The notes under the pieces are model-generated. The model had not been told where the DNA came from. It saw only the letters and a list, made by a program, of their open reading frames with translations, and ran no database searches. A DNA stretch of 64,000 nt from Alphaproteobacteria bacterium (lineage in GTDB: Bacteria; Pseudomonadota; Alphaproteobacteria; SPJN01): NCBI GenBank assembly GCA_965227065.1, contig CBDDFN010000003.1, forward strand, positions 30,303-94,302. The letters are read 5' to 3'. How positions within the stretch are numbered: the stretch's first letter is position 1; each line of letters opens with the position of its first letter. Below are positions 21,742 through 32,137 of the stretch, piece after piece. The position numbers and the translations under genes are program-made.

Positions 21742-23164
21742 CGCGCGAGCGGATCATGAACAAGGCGACCTTCTTGCCGTCCTTTTTGATCGCCTCGATA
21801 CGGGCGGTGACGTCTTCAGGCTTGCCGACCTCTTCACCCGACACTTCGCGGATCAGCTCGCCGGGGCGGATATTCTTGTCCGCCGCCGCGGAGCCGCGCT
21901 CCACCTGCGTGATCAGCACACCGTCTTCATCGTCGGACAGGCCATATTGTTCGCGCAGAACGCTGGTGGGACTCGACAGGCTCATACCGAAGACCGTCTT
22001 GGTCGCGGCAGGCTCATCGGTCTTGCCTTCTTCCAGCGCGGCTTCGGCCTCTTCCATGCGGGCAATGTGCACGGTCAACGTCTTTTCCTTACCATCACGC
22101 CAAATCACAACCTTGACCTTCGAGCCAATTGAGGTGTCAGCGACCAGCCGGCTCAAGGCACGATGATCTTCCACATCCTTGCCATTGAACTCGACAATGA
22201 CATCGCCTTCGACAATGCCGGCATTGGAGGCCGGGTCGCCTTCAAACACCCCGGCGACAAGTGCACCGCGCGGCTTATCCAGGCCAACCGCTTCGGCAAT
22301 ATCGTCAGACACATGCTGGATGCGCACACCCAGCCAGCCCCGGCGGGTTTCACCATATTCAAGGATTTGATCGACCACACCGCGCGCCAGCGATTCAGGA
22401 ACCGCAAAGCCGATGCCGATTGAGCCGCCATTGGGCGACAGGATCGCAGTGTTCACACCAATCACCCGGCCATCCATGGTGAACAGCGGGCCACCCGAAT
22501 TACCGCGGTTGATCGGCGCGTCGGTCTGGATGAAATCATCGTAAGAGCCTGCGCCAATGTCGCGATTGCGCGCCGAGATGATTCCGGCGGTCACCGTGCC
22601 GCCAAGGCCCAGCGGATTGCCGATGGCAATCACCCAATCGCCGACACGGGCGGCGTCGGAGGAGCCCCATTCGACCGACGGCAGCTTTTTGGTCGTGTCG
22701 ACCTTGAGCACGGCAATGTCGGTCTTGGGATCGCGGCCAACCAGCTTGGCGGGCAGCTCTTCACCGTCGGAAAAGATCACCATGATCTCGTCGGCATCAT
22801 CAATGACGTGATTGTTGGTGATGATCACACCATCTTCATCAATGACAAAGCCTGAGCCGAGCGAGCGCACCTTGCGTTCCTTCTGGCCTTCGCCCTGACG
22901 TTCGAAAAAGTCTTTGAAAAAATCCTCAAACGGCGATCCCGGAGGGAATTGCGGCATCTGCATGCCACCCTTGACGTGCGACGTGGTCGAGATATTGACC
23001 ACGGCGGGCGAAACACGTTCGGCCAGATCGGCAAAACTGCCCGGCATGTCGCGGGCCAGCGCCTGGCTGGCGAGTGCAATCATCAATCCGAGAATGAGCC
23101 CCAGCGTGAGCAACGCCCGTACGGGCGCCTCAACCGCTTTGGCTTTTGTTTGAGAACGGGACAT
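21695..23164 (-). CDS. htrA: Do/DegQ (HtrA) periplasmic serine protease with two PDZ domains
   Basis: TNNHVI, DIAVLK, INRGNSGG catalytic triad; signal peptide. Confidence 0.96.
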   Translation of the reverse strand: MSRSQTKAKAVEAPVRALLTLGLILGLMIALASQALARDMPGSFADLAERVSPAVVNISTTSHVKGGMQMPQFPPGSPFEDFFKDFFERQGEGQKERKVRSLGSGFVIDEDGVIITNNHVIDDADEIMVIFSDGEELPAKLVGRDPKTDIAVLKVDTTKKLPSVEWGSSDAARVGDWVIAIGNPLGLGGTVTAGIISARNRDIGAGSYDDFIQTDAPINRGNSGGPLFTMDGRVIGVNTAILSPNGGSIGIGFAVPESLARGVVDQILEYGETRRGWLGVRIQHVSDDIAEAVGLDKPRGALVAGVFEGDPASNAGIVEGDVIVEFNGKDVEDHRALSRLVADTSIGSKVKVVIWRDGKEKTLTVHIARMEEAEAALEEGKTDEPAATKTVFGMSLSSPTSVLREQYGLSDDEDGVLITQVERGSAAADKNIRPGELIREVSGEEVGKPEDVTARIEAIKKDGKKVALFMIRSRGGDLRFVPFRLDEDQ

Positions 23165-23301
23165 AGACACTTCCATTTCTGTCTGGAATTTCCTGTTGGA
23201 ACTGTTGAACCCTGCAGTGTGCCGGGAAGTTTGTAAAAAATAAGGCAGCGGGGCGTCGCATTGCAGTCTTTTTATGGCTTGGCCCTCACTCTTTCGTGCC
23301 C

Positions 23302-23487
23302 TCACCCTTTGGCCAGCGCGACGATCAACAGCCCAAGCAAGGCTGCGACCAATCCTGTAATGCGCAGCTGGCCTTCAGGCATGGCCAGCACTGACACAAT
23401 CATCTTGCGCATCGTCTGGGGCATCGCCGCATAAAGGACGCCCTCCATGACAAGGGCGATGCCCAGACCAATCAGGATGACGTCCAT
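23302..23487 (-). CDS. DUF2065 (YjeT-like) small membrane protein
   Basis: LGIALVMEGVLYAAMP...LRITGL; canonical position after hflC. Confidence 0.9.
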   Translation of the reverse strand: MDVILIGLGIALVMEGVLYAAMPQTMRKMIVSVLAMPEGQLRITGLVAALLGLLIVALAKG

Positions 23488-23496
23488 GGCGCGCGC

Positions 23497-24366
23497 TTAA
23501 TTCCGGCCTTCAATATCACCAAAGAACTTGAAGAAGTCGGATTTGGGATCAAGCAGCATGGACGTTGAACTGCCGCCCAGGGCCCGCTGATAGGCAAGCA
23601 TGGAGCGATAGAATTCAAAGAACTCCGTGTCCTTGCCGTAAGCTTCAGCGAGGATGCGGTTGCGTTCCCGATCACCTTCACCGCGCAGAATGTCGGCTTG
23701 CTTTTCCGCATTGGCCTTGATGACGGCGACCTGACGGTCGGCATCAGCGCGGGTCTCTTGCGCATCCTCCGAGCCTTCGGCGCGCAGCTGATTGGCGTCG
23801 CGCTTCCGTTCGGCATTCATCCGATTGTAGATCGAGTTTGAGTTTTCTTCGGGCAGATCAACCCGGCGCAAGCGCACATCGACAATCTCGATACCAAAAT
23901 CAGCGGCCTTTCGCGTCACATCCTTGGCAATATCGACCATCAACGCGCCCCGCGCACCCGACACAATATCGTCGGATTCGCGCTTGGCGAGGATTTCGCG
24001 CACCGAGGCATCCATCAGCGTCTGGATACGGTTGGCGGCCACCCGCTCATCACGCAAGCGCTGGAAGTACAAAAGCGGATTGACAATGCGCCAGCGCGCA
24101 AAGGCATCAACCACCAGACGGCGATTGTCGCCGGCGACAATTTCCTGAGCCTTGGCATCAAAGTTCAGGATGCGCTTTTCCATATATTCAACCTGCTGGA
24201 TGAACGGCAGTTTGAAATTGAGCCCGGGCTCGACAATGGTGCGCTTGGGTTCGTTGAGCTGGAAGACCAGCGCCTGTTCGGTCTGCTTGACGGTGAACAT
24301 GGAGCTCATCGCCACAAACGCGCCGATCACGAGGATAACGCCAACAATGATGATGGAACGGTTCAT
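23497..24366 (-). CDS. hflC: FtsH modulator HflC
   Basis: SPFH domain; DVRLRRVDLP, RMNAER, YGKDTEFFEFYRSM. Confidence 0.96.
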   Translation of the reverse strand: MNRSIIIVGVILVIGAFVAMSSMFTVKQTEQALVFQLNEPKRTIVEPGLNFKLPFIQQVEYMEKRILNFDAKAQEIVAGDNRRLVVDAFARWRIVNPLLYFQRLRDERVAANRIQTLMDASVREILAKRESDDIVSGARGALMVDIAKDVTRKAADFGIEIVDVRLRRVDLPEENSNSIYNRMNAERKRDANQLRAEGSEDAQETRADADRQVAVIKANAEKQADILRGEGDRERNRILAEAYGKDTEFFEFYRSMLAYQRALGGSSTSMLLDPKSDFFKFFGDIEGRN

Positions 24367-25511
24367 TATTTTGCACCTCGCTTGCCAAGTTCATTGAGCG
24401 GCAGATACGGCACGACACCCTGTTCGTCGCCATCAATGATGATCTTGTCCATATCGCCCAGAACCTTTTCCATGGTCTCAAGGAAGATGCGTTTGCGGAC
24501 AACATCCTTGGAATTCTTGTACTCTTCATAGATCGAGATGAAGCGGGCGGCCTCACCTTGCGCGGTGGCAATCGAGCTTTCCTTGTAGCCCTTGGCTTCC
24601 TCGATAATCCGCTTGGCGTCACCCCGTGCGCGGGGAACAACGTCGCGCGCATAGGCTTCGGCCTTGTTGCGCTCGGTCTCCGCATCGGCCTGGGCGGCCT
24701 GGACGTCGCGGAAGGCGGCAATCACCTCGCTTGGCGGATCAACATTTTGCAGCTGAACTTCCTGGATCAGAACACCTGCGCCATATTCATCAAGCACGTT
24801 TTGCATCGCGATCTTGACTTCATCCTCGATCTGGCCGCGGCCCTCGGTCAGGATGAAGTTGATCTTGTTCTGGCCGATCACTTCGCGCATCACCGATTCG
24901 GCGACCGCTTTCACAACTTCGACCGGGTCTTTCAGATTGAACAGATAATCGGGCGCATTGCCGATTTTCCACAGAACCGAGAAATCAATATCAACGATGT
25001 TTTCATCGCCGGTCAGCATCAGGCTTTCGGTTTTCAGGTCCGACCCGGTCGCCGAAAAACCGACATCAACGCGGTTGACGGTTTCAACCTTGGGCGTCAT
25101 GTGGCTTTCGATCGGATAAGGCAGGCGGTAGCGCAAGCCCGGATTGGTCTGTTCGGAATATTTGCCGAAGCGCAGCACAATGCCCTGCTCTTCGGGGCCG
25201 ACCTGATAAAAGCCCGATGCAAGCCACAGGCCGACAATCACTGCCGCTATCAGCGCAAACAGACGGCCGGAATTGCCGCCGCTGCCGCCGAACATCTGGT
25301 TGAGCTTGTCCTGGCCCTGGCGGATCAGGTCATCGAGGTCCGGGCCTTGAGGACCTTGGGGGCCACCGCCACCGGGACGCCGCGGTCCGCGCGGACCCCG
25401 CGGTCCACCCTGGCCGCCGCCGCCGCCCCAGGGGCCCTGATTGTTCGGGCCACGGCCCCAGGGACCGCCATTTCCGCCTGAATTCTCGCTCTTATTGTCA
25501 TCCCATGGCAT
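24366..25511 (-). CDS. hflK: FtsH modulator HflK
   Basis: MPWDDN...GPWG Gly-rich N-terminus, MLTGDENIVDI, VIAAFRDVQAA, VVPYLPL. Confidence 0.96.
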   Translation of the reverse strand: MPWDDNKSENSGGNGGPWGRGPNNQGPWGGGGGQGGPRGPRGPRRPGGGGPQGPQGPDLDDLIRQGQDKLNQMFGGSGGNSGRLFALIAAVIVGLWLASGFYQVGPEEQGIVLRFGKYSEQTNPGLRYRLPYPIESHMTPKVETVNRVDVGFSATGSDLKTESLMLTGDENIVDIDFSVLWKIGNAPDYLFNLKDPVEVVKAVAESVMREVIGQNKINFILTEGRGQIEDEVKIAMQNVLDEYGAGVLIQEVQLQNVDPPSEVIAAFRDVQAAQADAETERNKAEAYARDVVPRARGDAKRIIEEAKGYKESSIATAQGEAARFISIYEEYKNSKDVVRKRIFLETMEKVLGDMDKIIIDGDEQGVVPYLPLNELGKRGAK

Positions 25512-25588
25512 TGGGCAACCATCCTTGCTGTTCATTGTCCGCCTGCGTGAACCGCCTGTGGAAGACGAAAGCCGCACACATTCCTAAC

Positions 25589-25617
25589 AGATAGGGTGCG
25601 GGGCTTTCCTTTGAAAG
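25589..25617 (-). promoter_or_regulatory. Possible RpoH-type promoter for hflKC
   Basis: CTTT-N18-CCTATCT on - strand; the -35 deviates from CTTG. Confidence 0.3.
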
Positions 25618-25723
25618 GGCCTCCGTTATATGACAGGCATGAAGGTCTATCAACAAAGGCCTATAGACCAAACGCTTGCCCCGCGCGTCTGGATCAGTGC
25701 GGCGCGGATTGTATGAGGACACT

Positions 25724-26839
25724 ATGACCGATGTAACCCGGGACGCCGTGCTAGCCGCGCTCAAAACCATCAAAGACCCCAGAACCGGCAAGGACATTGT
25801 CAGCGCCGGCCTGGCCCAGGGCGTGGTCGCCAAAGGCCCCCATGTCGGCTTCACTCTCGAAATCGATCCCGCCCACGCAAAAGTGATGGAGCCGGTGCGC
25901 AAACAGGCCGAAGAGGCGGTCAAAGCCGTCCCCGGCGTCCTGTCGGTGACCGGCGTGATGACGGCGCATTCGGATGCGCCTTCGGGCAGCTCGCCCCGGC
26001 AGCCCGACGTCAAAGCGGGAACCGCCGCCCTGAACAACGCCCAGGGCATTCCCGGTGTCAGCCACATTGTGGCGGTCGCCTCAGGCAAGGGCGGTGTCGG
26101 CAAATCCACCGTGGCCGCCAATCTGGCGCTGGCCCTGTCCGGGCTTGGCCTCAAGGTCGGGCTTCTTGATGCCGATGTTTACGGCCCCTCGGTGCCCCGC
26201 CTTCTCAACCTGTCGGGCAAGCCGACCTCGGCCGACGGCAAACGTATCGCTCCCAAGGAGGCCTTCGGCATCAAGGCCATGTCCATGGGCCTGATGGTCG
26301 ATGAAGACACCGCCATGATCTGGCGGGGCCCCATGGTCATGTCAGCGCTGACCCAGATGCTGATGGATGTCGACTGGGCGCCTTTGGATGTGCTGGTAGT
26401 CGATATGCCGCCGGGCACCGGCGATGCCCAGCTTACCATGGCCCAGCGTGTGCCGCTGTCCGGCGCCGTCATTGTTTCAACGCCGCAAGACCTTGCGCTG
26501 ATTGACGCCAAGAAGGCGATGGCCATGTTCAAAAAGGTCGAGGTGCCAATCCTGGGGCTTGTGGAAAACATGTCGGTTCATGTCTGTTCCAACTGCGGTC
26601 ATGAAGAACATATTTTCGGCCATGGCGGGGCAGCCCGTGAAGCCGAACGCCAGGGCGCTGACTTACTGGGTGAGCTGCCGCTTGATCTTGAAATCCGCAC
26701 CGCATCAGACAACGGCACACCCATCGTCGCGCTCAAGCCAGACAGCGCCCACGCCAGCCGTTTCACTGAAATTGCTCAGCAGGTCGCCGCCAAGCTGCAG
26801 GGCGCGCAGAAGGCCGCGCCTGCCATCGTGATGGAATGA
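25724..26839 (+). CDS. mrp: Mrp/ApbC Fe-S cluster carrier ATPase
   Basis: ASGKGGVGKST, DADVYGPS, WRGPM, DMPPGTGD, ENMS-CSNC. Confidence 0.97.
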   Translation: MTDVTRDAVLAALKTIKDPRTGKDIVSAGLAQGVVAKGPHVGFTLEIDPAHAKVMEPVRKQAEEAVKAVPGVLSVTGVMTAHSDAPSGSSPRQPDVKAGTAALNNAQGIPGVSHIVAVASGKGGVGKSTVAANLALALSGLGLKVGLLDADVYGPSVPRLLNLSGKPTSADGKRIAPKEAFGIKAMSMGLMVDEDTAMIWRGPMVMSALTQMLMDVDWAPLDVLVVDMPPGTGDAQLTMAQRVPLSGAVIVSTPQDLALIDAKKAMAMFKKVEVPILGLVENMSVHVCSNCGHEEHIFGHGGAAREAERQGADLLGELPLDLEIRTASDNGTPIVALKPDSAHASRFTEIAQQVAAKLQGAQKAAPAIVME

Positions 26840-27265
26840 TCAGCCGAACCTGTAACGCACAAAACCCGGCCACAACCAGGGCCGGGACAACACCGCTGTG
26901 ATAAGCGGGATTTGATCGAAATAGACCCGGCGCAGCTTGACCATGCCGCTTTCCAGATAAAACAGATCGGTCATGGGGATCGCCAGACCCTTGCCGATCG
27001 GCAAGCTCAGCGTCCATTCAATCGCCGCTTCCCCCGGCGTACTGATGGAGCGGTGCACCGTCCCCGACAGGCCCGGCATCCATTTAAGCAGCCGCTCAAA
27101 TTCGGCAATCGCGGCCGTCTTACCCTTGATGGTTGGCAGATGGGGTTGAACAAGGATCACATCGTCGGTCAACAGGCCGGTCAGCCCCGCAACCGTCGGT
27201 GTCGCCCAGGCCTGTTCAAAGGCTTGGCAAAAGGCCGCTTCGGCCCCGTAGTGGGTTGCGGTCAT
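26840..27265 (-). CDS. SnoaL/NTF2-like protein
   Basis: FEQAW...LLTDDVILVQP...GKTAAI...MTDLFYLESGMV..RRVYFD. Confidence 0.8.
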   Translation of the reverse strand: MTATHYGAEAAFCQAFEQAWATPTVAGLTGLLTDDVILVQPHLPTIKGKTAAIAEFERLLKWMPGLSGTVHRSISTPGEAAIEWTLSLPIGKGLAIPMTDLFYLESGMVKLRRVYFDQIPLITAVLSRPWLWPGFVRYRFG

Positions 27266-28305
27266 ACGCCGACCTCATCCTGGACCGCATTCCCTACCGC
27301 ATTCCCCACCGCATCCTGGGCAGGCGTGCGGCTGAGTTTTTCATTCACGCGCGCCGCATCCAGCCCCTGTTTGCGGCCCTTGCGGCGATAGTAGCTTTTG
27401 GCGGCCCAGTTCTGCTGGCTCCAGTACAGCTTGTGGAACAAAGGCAGGTTGGGGATCCAGAAATCATAATCAAGATTGGGGAAGACCGGGTCGGCATCGG
27501 CCGAGATGTCGATCTCGGCGGTGACAAAGCCAGCCCCTTCCATCGCATTGCGCGCGGCCAGCACCTTGCCTTTGGCGTCCACAATCTGGGTCTGGCCGAC
27601 AAAGCGGGTTTGATACTCAAAGCCCCAATCGGCCCCGGCGGTCAGCATGTAGCGGCCCGACAGGGTGCCGGAATGGCTGGCCTGGACCACCGGCACCCCG
27701 ATGCGGCGGGCAAATTCAACCGGAGCCTGTTCGCTCATATAGCGGTTATATTGCCCGATGGGCCCCAGAAGCGAGGGCGCGCCGGGCCAGTTTTCGGGCA
27801 TGTCCCACCAGTGAGTGCCAGTCAACACAAGCTTCACCCGGCCTTTCATGCGCGCCAAAGTCTGGGTGCGGATCAGCTCCCAGCACACGGCTGCGCCAAT
27901 GCCGCCATCGGGCGTTTCAAACACCCCGTCGTCAGACCCGCCGACATAAAAGGCATTCTCCCACATGGTGGGCAAATCCTTGTCATGGGCATGGACCGTG
28001 CCGTCAGCCAGCGCGAGATAGTAGCGATTGTAAAGATCATCGCCGTCGGCCACGAGGACCGAACCGCCAATGGTGCCGGAGTAGCGGCGCGCAAGCTCCA
28101 CCATCATCTCAAGGGCGACATGATCCCTGGGCAGCGCGACCTTGAAGGCATCCTCATTGGGGGCAAGTTTGCCGGAAAAGAATTCGGGCAACGCCACCGT
28201 CTTGGCACCGGCGTCAAAGGCTGCGCGGGCAAGCCGTTCGACATGATCCAGATTGTCACTCACCTGCCCTGATCGCGTATCGATCTGAACCGCTGCCACC
28301 TTCAT
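27262..28305 (-). CDS. Carbon-nitrogen hydrolase (nitrilase superfamily)
   Basis: Glu-Lys-Cys triad: VALPEFF, HDKDLP, AVCWE. Confidence 0.9.
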   Translation of the reverse strand: MKVAAVQIDTRSGQVSDNLDHVERLARAAFDAGAKTVALPEFFSGKLAPNEDAFKVALPRDHVALEMMVELARRYSGTIGGSVLVADGDDLYNRYYLALADGTVHAHDKDLPTMWENAFYVGGSDDGVFETPDGGIGAAVCWELIRTQTLARMKGRVKLVLTGTHWWDMPENWPGAPSLLGPIGQYNRYMSEQAPVEFARRIGVPVVQASHSGTLSGRYMLTAGADWGFEYQTRFVGQTQIVDAKGKVLAARNAMEGAGFVTAEIDISADADPVFPNLDYDFWIPNLPLFHKLYWSQQNWAAKSYYRRKGRKQGLDAARVNEKLSRTPAQDAVGNAVGNAVQDEVGV

Positions 28306-28374
28306 TTGCACACCTCATTCCCGGCTGAACACATCACAAGACGGCCATCCTAGCCGCCCGCGCATCCTTGGCAA

Positions 28375-29370
28375 TTACCTCTCAACCAGCTCAACCCGGC
28401 GATTTTGTTCGCGCCCTTCATCAGTGCCATTGGAAAAGACCGGATTGAGCGGCCCGACCCCGTGGGGCTCCAGCCGCCCCTTGGCAATGCCATAGTCTGT
28501 TTCAAGCGCGGTAACGACAGCCCGCGCCCGGTCGCGCGACAGATTTTGGTTATAGGCAAATGTGCCTTTGGAATCGGTATGGCCGACCACATAGAACTGC
28601 GCGTCTTTGTGGGTGCCGAGATAGTCTGCAATGGCTTTGAGCGCATCGGCGCTTTCAGCCTTCAAAACCGCTTTGTCGAACTCAAACAAGATACCGTCGA
28701 GCACCACCCGCCCCTTCTCGGTGATGTCTTTGCCGATCGCCTCGGGATCGACGGTGACAAGCCCGGTTTCAGCCGCCTTGACCTCGATAATATCGACCAG
28801 CGTACCGAGCAGCTTGGAAGAATGCTGTTCCAGATTGATCACGACATAGACGGTTCCCGCCGCGCGGTCCTTCTTGGCGACCACCGCGCCAGAGCCCCCC
28901 GATGACGATGACCCCGACACCAGCGTACCGAGATAATAGTTCTGAACGCTCCATGCATTGGTGGTGAAATTGACATGTTGCCAGCCGCGCGCGCCAACCT
29001 CGCCCCGCACATTCGATTCTGGAAACACGCCCTCGACAATGATCTCAAAGCCTTCAGCCTTGAGCGCATCGGAGAAATTTTTCCAGATCTCAGCGACCGT
29101 CCGGTCAGTCTTTTCATAGGCATAAAAGGTGCGGGTGACACGGCCTGCGGTTTCGATCCACTCGCCAATGGTGCGATACCCCGTAACCGGGCCGGCCGGC
29201 ACCTTGTAGGGGCGGAAATTTTCAATCTGCTGCCAGCGGATTTCCTGGCCGGGATAGCGCGAGATCAGCGGATGATCCTCGGTCCCTTCCTCATCGGCGG
29301 CCCATGCGGGGACTGCGCTTAAAATCAGCGCCGCCATGCCCGCACATTTCATGATTGTCTTGATGCTCAT
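28375..29370 (-). CDS. OmpA-family protein with N-terminal DUF4892-like domain
   Basis: Signal peptide; DHPLISRYPG; ILFEFDKA, VVGHTD, LSRDRARAV, NRRVE. Confidence 0.9.
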   Translation of the reverse strand: MSIKTIMKCAGMAALILSAVPAWAADEEGTEDHPLISRYPGQEIRWQQIENFRPYKVPAGPVTGYRTIGEWIETAGRVTRTFYAYEKTDRTVAEIWKNFSDALKAEGFEIIVEGVFPESNVRGEVGARGWQHVNFTTNAWSVQNYYLGTLVSGSSSSGGSGAVVAKKDRAAGTVYVVINLEQHSSKLLGTLVDIIEVKAAETGLVTVDPEAIGKDITEKGRVVLDGILFEFDKAVLKAESADALKAIADYLGTHKDAQFYVVGHTDSKGTFAYNQNLSRDRARAVVTALETDYGIAKGRLEPHGVGPLNPVFSNGTDEGREQNRRVELVER

Positions 29371-29432
29371 ACCTGCCTTCCCCTGTTTATCCACCCAGAA
29401 CACTCTAGGGGGGATTGGTGAAGGGGTGAAGA

Positions 29433-29969
29433 CTATTCCGCCGCCTGATCCGCCAGGGGCGGCACATACGGCACCAACCCCTGATTGAGGCCTTTTTCAA
29501 GCTGGCCCAGATAGGCATCGACACCCTTGTCAGCGCCCCGGAACACCATCATCAAAATGCGCAGAACCGGCGCCAGGACATGGCCATTGACCAGTGTGAT
29601 GTCGGTCTTCATCGCGATGTAGGAGCCGCTTTTGGACGGCGCGATCAGAACCTCGGTGACCGCTGTCATCGGCATTTTGAGGTCACGATAGGTGCGCACA
29701 ACCCGGCCTGGTGATTGCGCCTCAACGGTTTCCACCTCAATTTTCGAGGTGCCGATATCCTCGCGCCAGCGGGTCTCGCTCAGCGGCTCGACCTGTTTGG
29801 TCAAATCTGCGCCAACGGGAAAATTTTTCGCGTCCATGACCGCGGCAAAGACCTGCTCTGGCGGATAGACAACACTTTTCTCAGAAGACCCGGTAAGTGT
29901 TTGCGGCAGGAAATAACCGACGCAGTAAGCACCGGCCACAAGGACCAGCACACCCAAAATCCAGACCAT
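29433..29969 (-). CDS. SRPBCC/START-like membrane-anchored protein
   Basis: N-terminal TM with GYFLP; PPEQVFAAVMD; beta-rich core. Confidence 0.7.
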   Translation of the reverse strand: MVWILGVLVLVAGAYCVGYFLPQTLTGSSEKSVVYPPEQVFAAVMDAKNFPVGADLTKQVEPLSETRWREDIGTSKIEVETVEAQSPGRVVRTYRDLKMPMTAVTEVLIAPSKSGSYIAMKTDITLVNGHVLAPVLRILMMVFRGADKGVDAYLGQLEKGLNQGLVPYVPPLADQAAE

Positions 29970-30003
29970 GGCGCACCCCTTTGCTGTGCGCTTGGCTCAG
30001 CCC

Positions 30004-30945
30004 TTAGCCGTCGGACTGCCCAAGCGTTTCGCTCAACTCCCGCCACTCCCGTGCCGACAAACCCGATGTTTCTTGGGTCACCGTCTCGCCTGCCAGCATG
30101 CGTTGCACGATCGACAAACCCTGTGCCGACAGATGAACGCCTCCAAAGCGATAGTCCATAAACGCCTCATGCGCAATCGGCACCCACGCCTTGACCGTGT
30201 CGAGCATCACATCGGCATAGACACGAATCTCATACTGCGCATGCGAATCTGCCCGTAAGCTCAAGAAATGAAAGAGATTATGAAGATCGGTCTTCCAGTA
30301 CCACTGGGTGTAGTAGTTGAGCGTGAGGTTCATCCGCGCCAGCTCACGCGCCAGCCCCTCGCGGCTTTCATCCGCCGCTTCACCATCGGGGCCTTCATTG
30401 AGCATATATTCGTAATTGGCGTAGGTGCGTTCCGAATCCTCGATCAGCAGCCGCTTGACCTCAGCGGCCTCATCACCGGTCAGCACTGCGTCCCGGCCCT
30501 GCCGGTTTGACTTGGATTGTGCGGCGAGCTGGTCATCAGAGGGGATATAAAATTCCTTGTCGAGGATCGAATAGCGGGCGGAATATTCGTTCACATTGGC
30601 CGTGCGGTGGCGGATCCATTGGCGCGCCACAAAGATCGGCAATTTGACGTGATATTTGATCTCGCACATCTCAAAGGGCGTCGAATGGCGATGCCGCATC
30701 AGATAGCGGATCAAGCCCCGGTCGTTGGAAATCATCTTGGTGCCCTTGCCGTAGGACACCCGCGCAGCCTGCACAATGGCGGCATCATCGCCCATATAGT
30801 CAATCACCCGGACAAAGCCGTGATCAAGAACCGGCAAGGGGTCATAGAGCATCTCTTCAAGCGCAGGCGCGACCGCCCGGCGGGTCGGCGCCGACTGGGC
30901 CTTGAGCGCCGCAAGCTCGGCGCGCTCTTCTTCACTGAGCTCCAT
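30004..30945 (-). CDS. thyX: FAD-dependent thymidylate synthase
   Basis: HGFVR...[30 protein letters not shown] (RHRX7S), [11 protein letters not shown]. Confidence 0.98.
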   Translation of the reverse strand: MELSEEERAELAALKAQSAPTRRAVAPALEEMLYDPLPVLDHGFVRVIDYMGDDAAIVQAARVSYGKGTKMISNDRGLIRYLMRHRHSTPFEMCEIKYHVKLPIFVARQWIRHRTANVNEYSARYSILDKEFYIPSDDQLAAQSKSNRQGRDAVLTGDEAAEVKRLLIEDSERTYANYEYMLNEGPDGEAADESREGLARELARMNLTLNYYTQWYWKTDLHNLFHFLSLRADSHAQYEIRVYADVMLDTVKAWVPIAHEAFMDYRFGGVHLSAQGLSIVQRMLAGETVTQETSGLSAREWRELSETLGQSDG

Positions 30946-31106
30946 GATGGGCCTCTTTGTTCGGAAAAAATCTCGAACGCTGATCCTACCCATCCCGCTC
31001 CGAGTCGCAACCGGCCATGTGGCCGGAGACAGTTTCGCTCCGCGACGGAAAGTGAGCCGGCGTTAAGCGGGCGAACGCAAGGCCGACTGAGGCCCGCCGC
31101 AGGAAT

Positions 31107-31502
31107 TTAGATAAAAGCCTGGGTCAGCACGATCACCGACAGGGCAAAGCCGCCCAGATAGGTGAACACCGCCCCCCATTTGCGGAACGGATGGACTTTG
31201 GCGAGCGAGTCGCACCACAAAAAGCCTGCAATCGTCACCAGCCGGGCCACCGTCACCACCACACACAGCGCATCGACCCAATAGGCGCCCGACAAATCCT
31301 CGGCAATCAGCATCAGGATGCACAGGATCGGCGCAAACTCGGCCAGATTGCCATGCGCCCGCACCGCCTTGTTGAGGGCTGAGGTCGGATCATCGCTCAA
31401 TCCGGTGAGCATGAGTGTCCCGCGTCGTTGGAACGACACATGCAAACTCAACGCAAAAAAGCTCATGCCCAGAAGCGCTGTACACACCATTGCGATATTC
31501 AT
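31107..31502 (-). CDS. MAPEG family membrane protein
   Basis: RAHGNLAEFAP motif; several TM segments. Confidence 0.85.
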   Translation of the reverse strand: MNIAMVCTALLGMSFFALSLHVSFQRRGTLMLTGLSDDPTSALNKAVRAHGNLAEFAPILCILMLIAEDLSGAYWVDALCVVVTVARLVTIAGFLWCDSLAKVHPFRKWGAVFTYLGGFALSVIVLTQAFI

Positions 31503-32137
31503 TGCTCCGTCTCCCCTTCCACAAGACCATGGACGCGCGCAAACGGGTCCCAGCCTGCATCCTTGTGCCAGTCATATTCGGCAAACAAGGCCGCCTTCTC
31601 CGCTTTGTCGAGATCATAATGATGGGCCATGACGGCAAGTGCCATATCCATTCCCGCCGATACTCCCGACGAGGTCCAGATGCGGCCATCTTCGACCCAG
31701 CGTGCCTCGGCCACCCACTGGGTTGCAGGACCGGTCTGCACCATCTCCTGAAATACGAGCTTGTTGGTGGTGGCGCGCTTATTGTCGAGCAATCCCGCCC
31801 GCGCCAGAAGCGAGGCGCCGGTGCACACCGACATGACACACCCCGCCTTCCCGCCCGCTTCGGTGAGCCAGCCGATCAGCGCCTCATTGTCAATTTCGCT
31901 GCGGGTGCCAAACCCGCCCGGCACCAAAATGAAATCATAGTCGGAGCCGTCGGCAAACGTCCGGTCAAGCGCGGCGCGCGGGCCCTGAATGCTCGGCACT
32001 GAACCGCCGCCCTGCCCCACAATCAAAAGCTCAACCTCCTCGCCCAGATGTTTGAGCATGCCGAACATCTCAAGCGGCCCATAAAGATCAAGCAGTTCAA
32101 AGCCGGGAAAGACGAGCGCTGCGAGGGTTTTACTCAC
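31499..32137 (-). CDS. DJ-1/PfpI (ThiJ/InhA-like) protein
   Basis: LVFPGFELLDLYGP, VPGG, SVCTGA, WTSSGVSAGMD; GTG start overlaps upstream stop. Confidence 0.9.
   Translation of the reverse strand: MSKTLAALVFPGFELLDLYGPLEMFGMLKHLGEEVELLIVGQGGGSVPSIQGPRAALDRTFADGSDYDFILVPGGFGTRSEIDNEALIGWLTEAGGKAGCVMSVCTGASLLARAGLLDNKRATTNKLVFQEMVQTGPATQWVAEARWVEDGRIWTSSGVSAGMDMALAVMAHHYDLDKAEKAALFAEYDWHKDAGWDPFARVHGLVEGETEQ

Noticed and set aside
27133-28272. 379-aa + strand ORF and many other long antisense ORFs (e.g. 42904-44034, 44946-46157)
   Set aside because: Each lies opposite a well-supported gene; expected from codon bias at high GC
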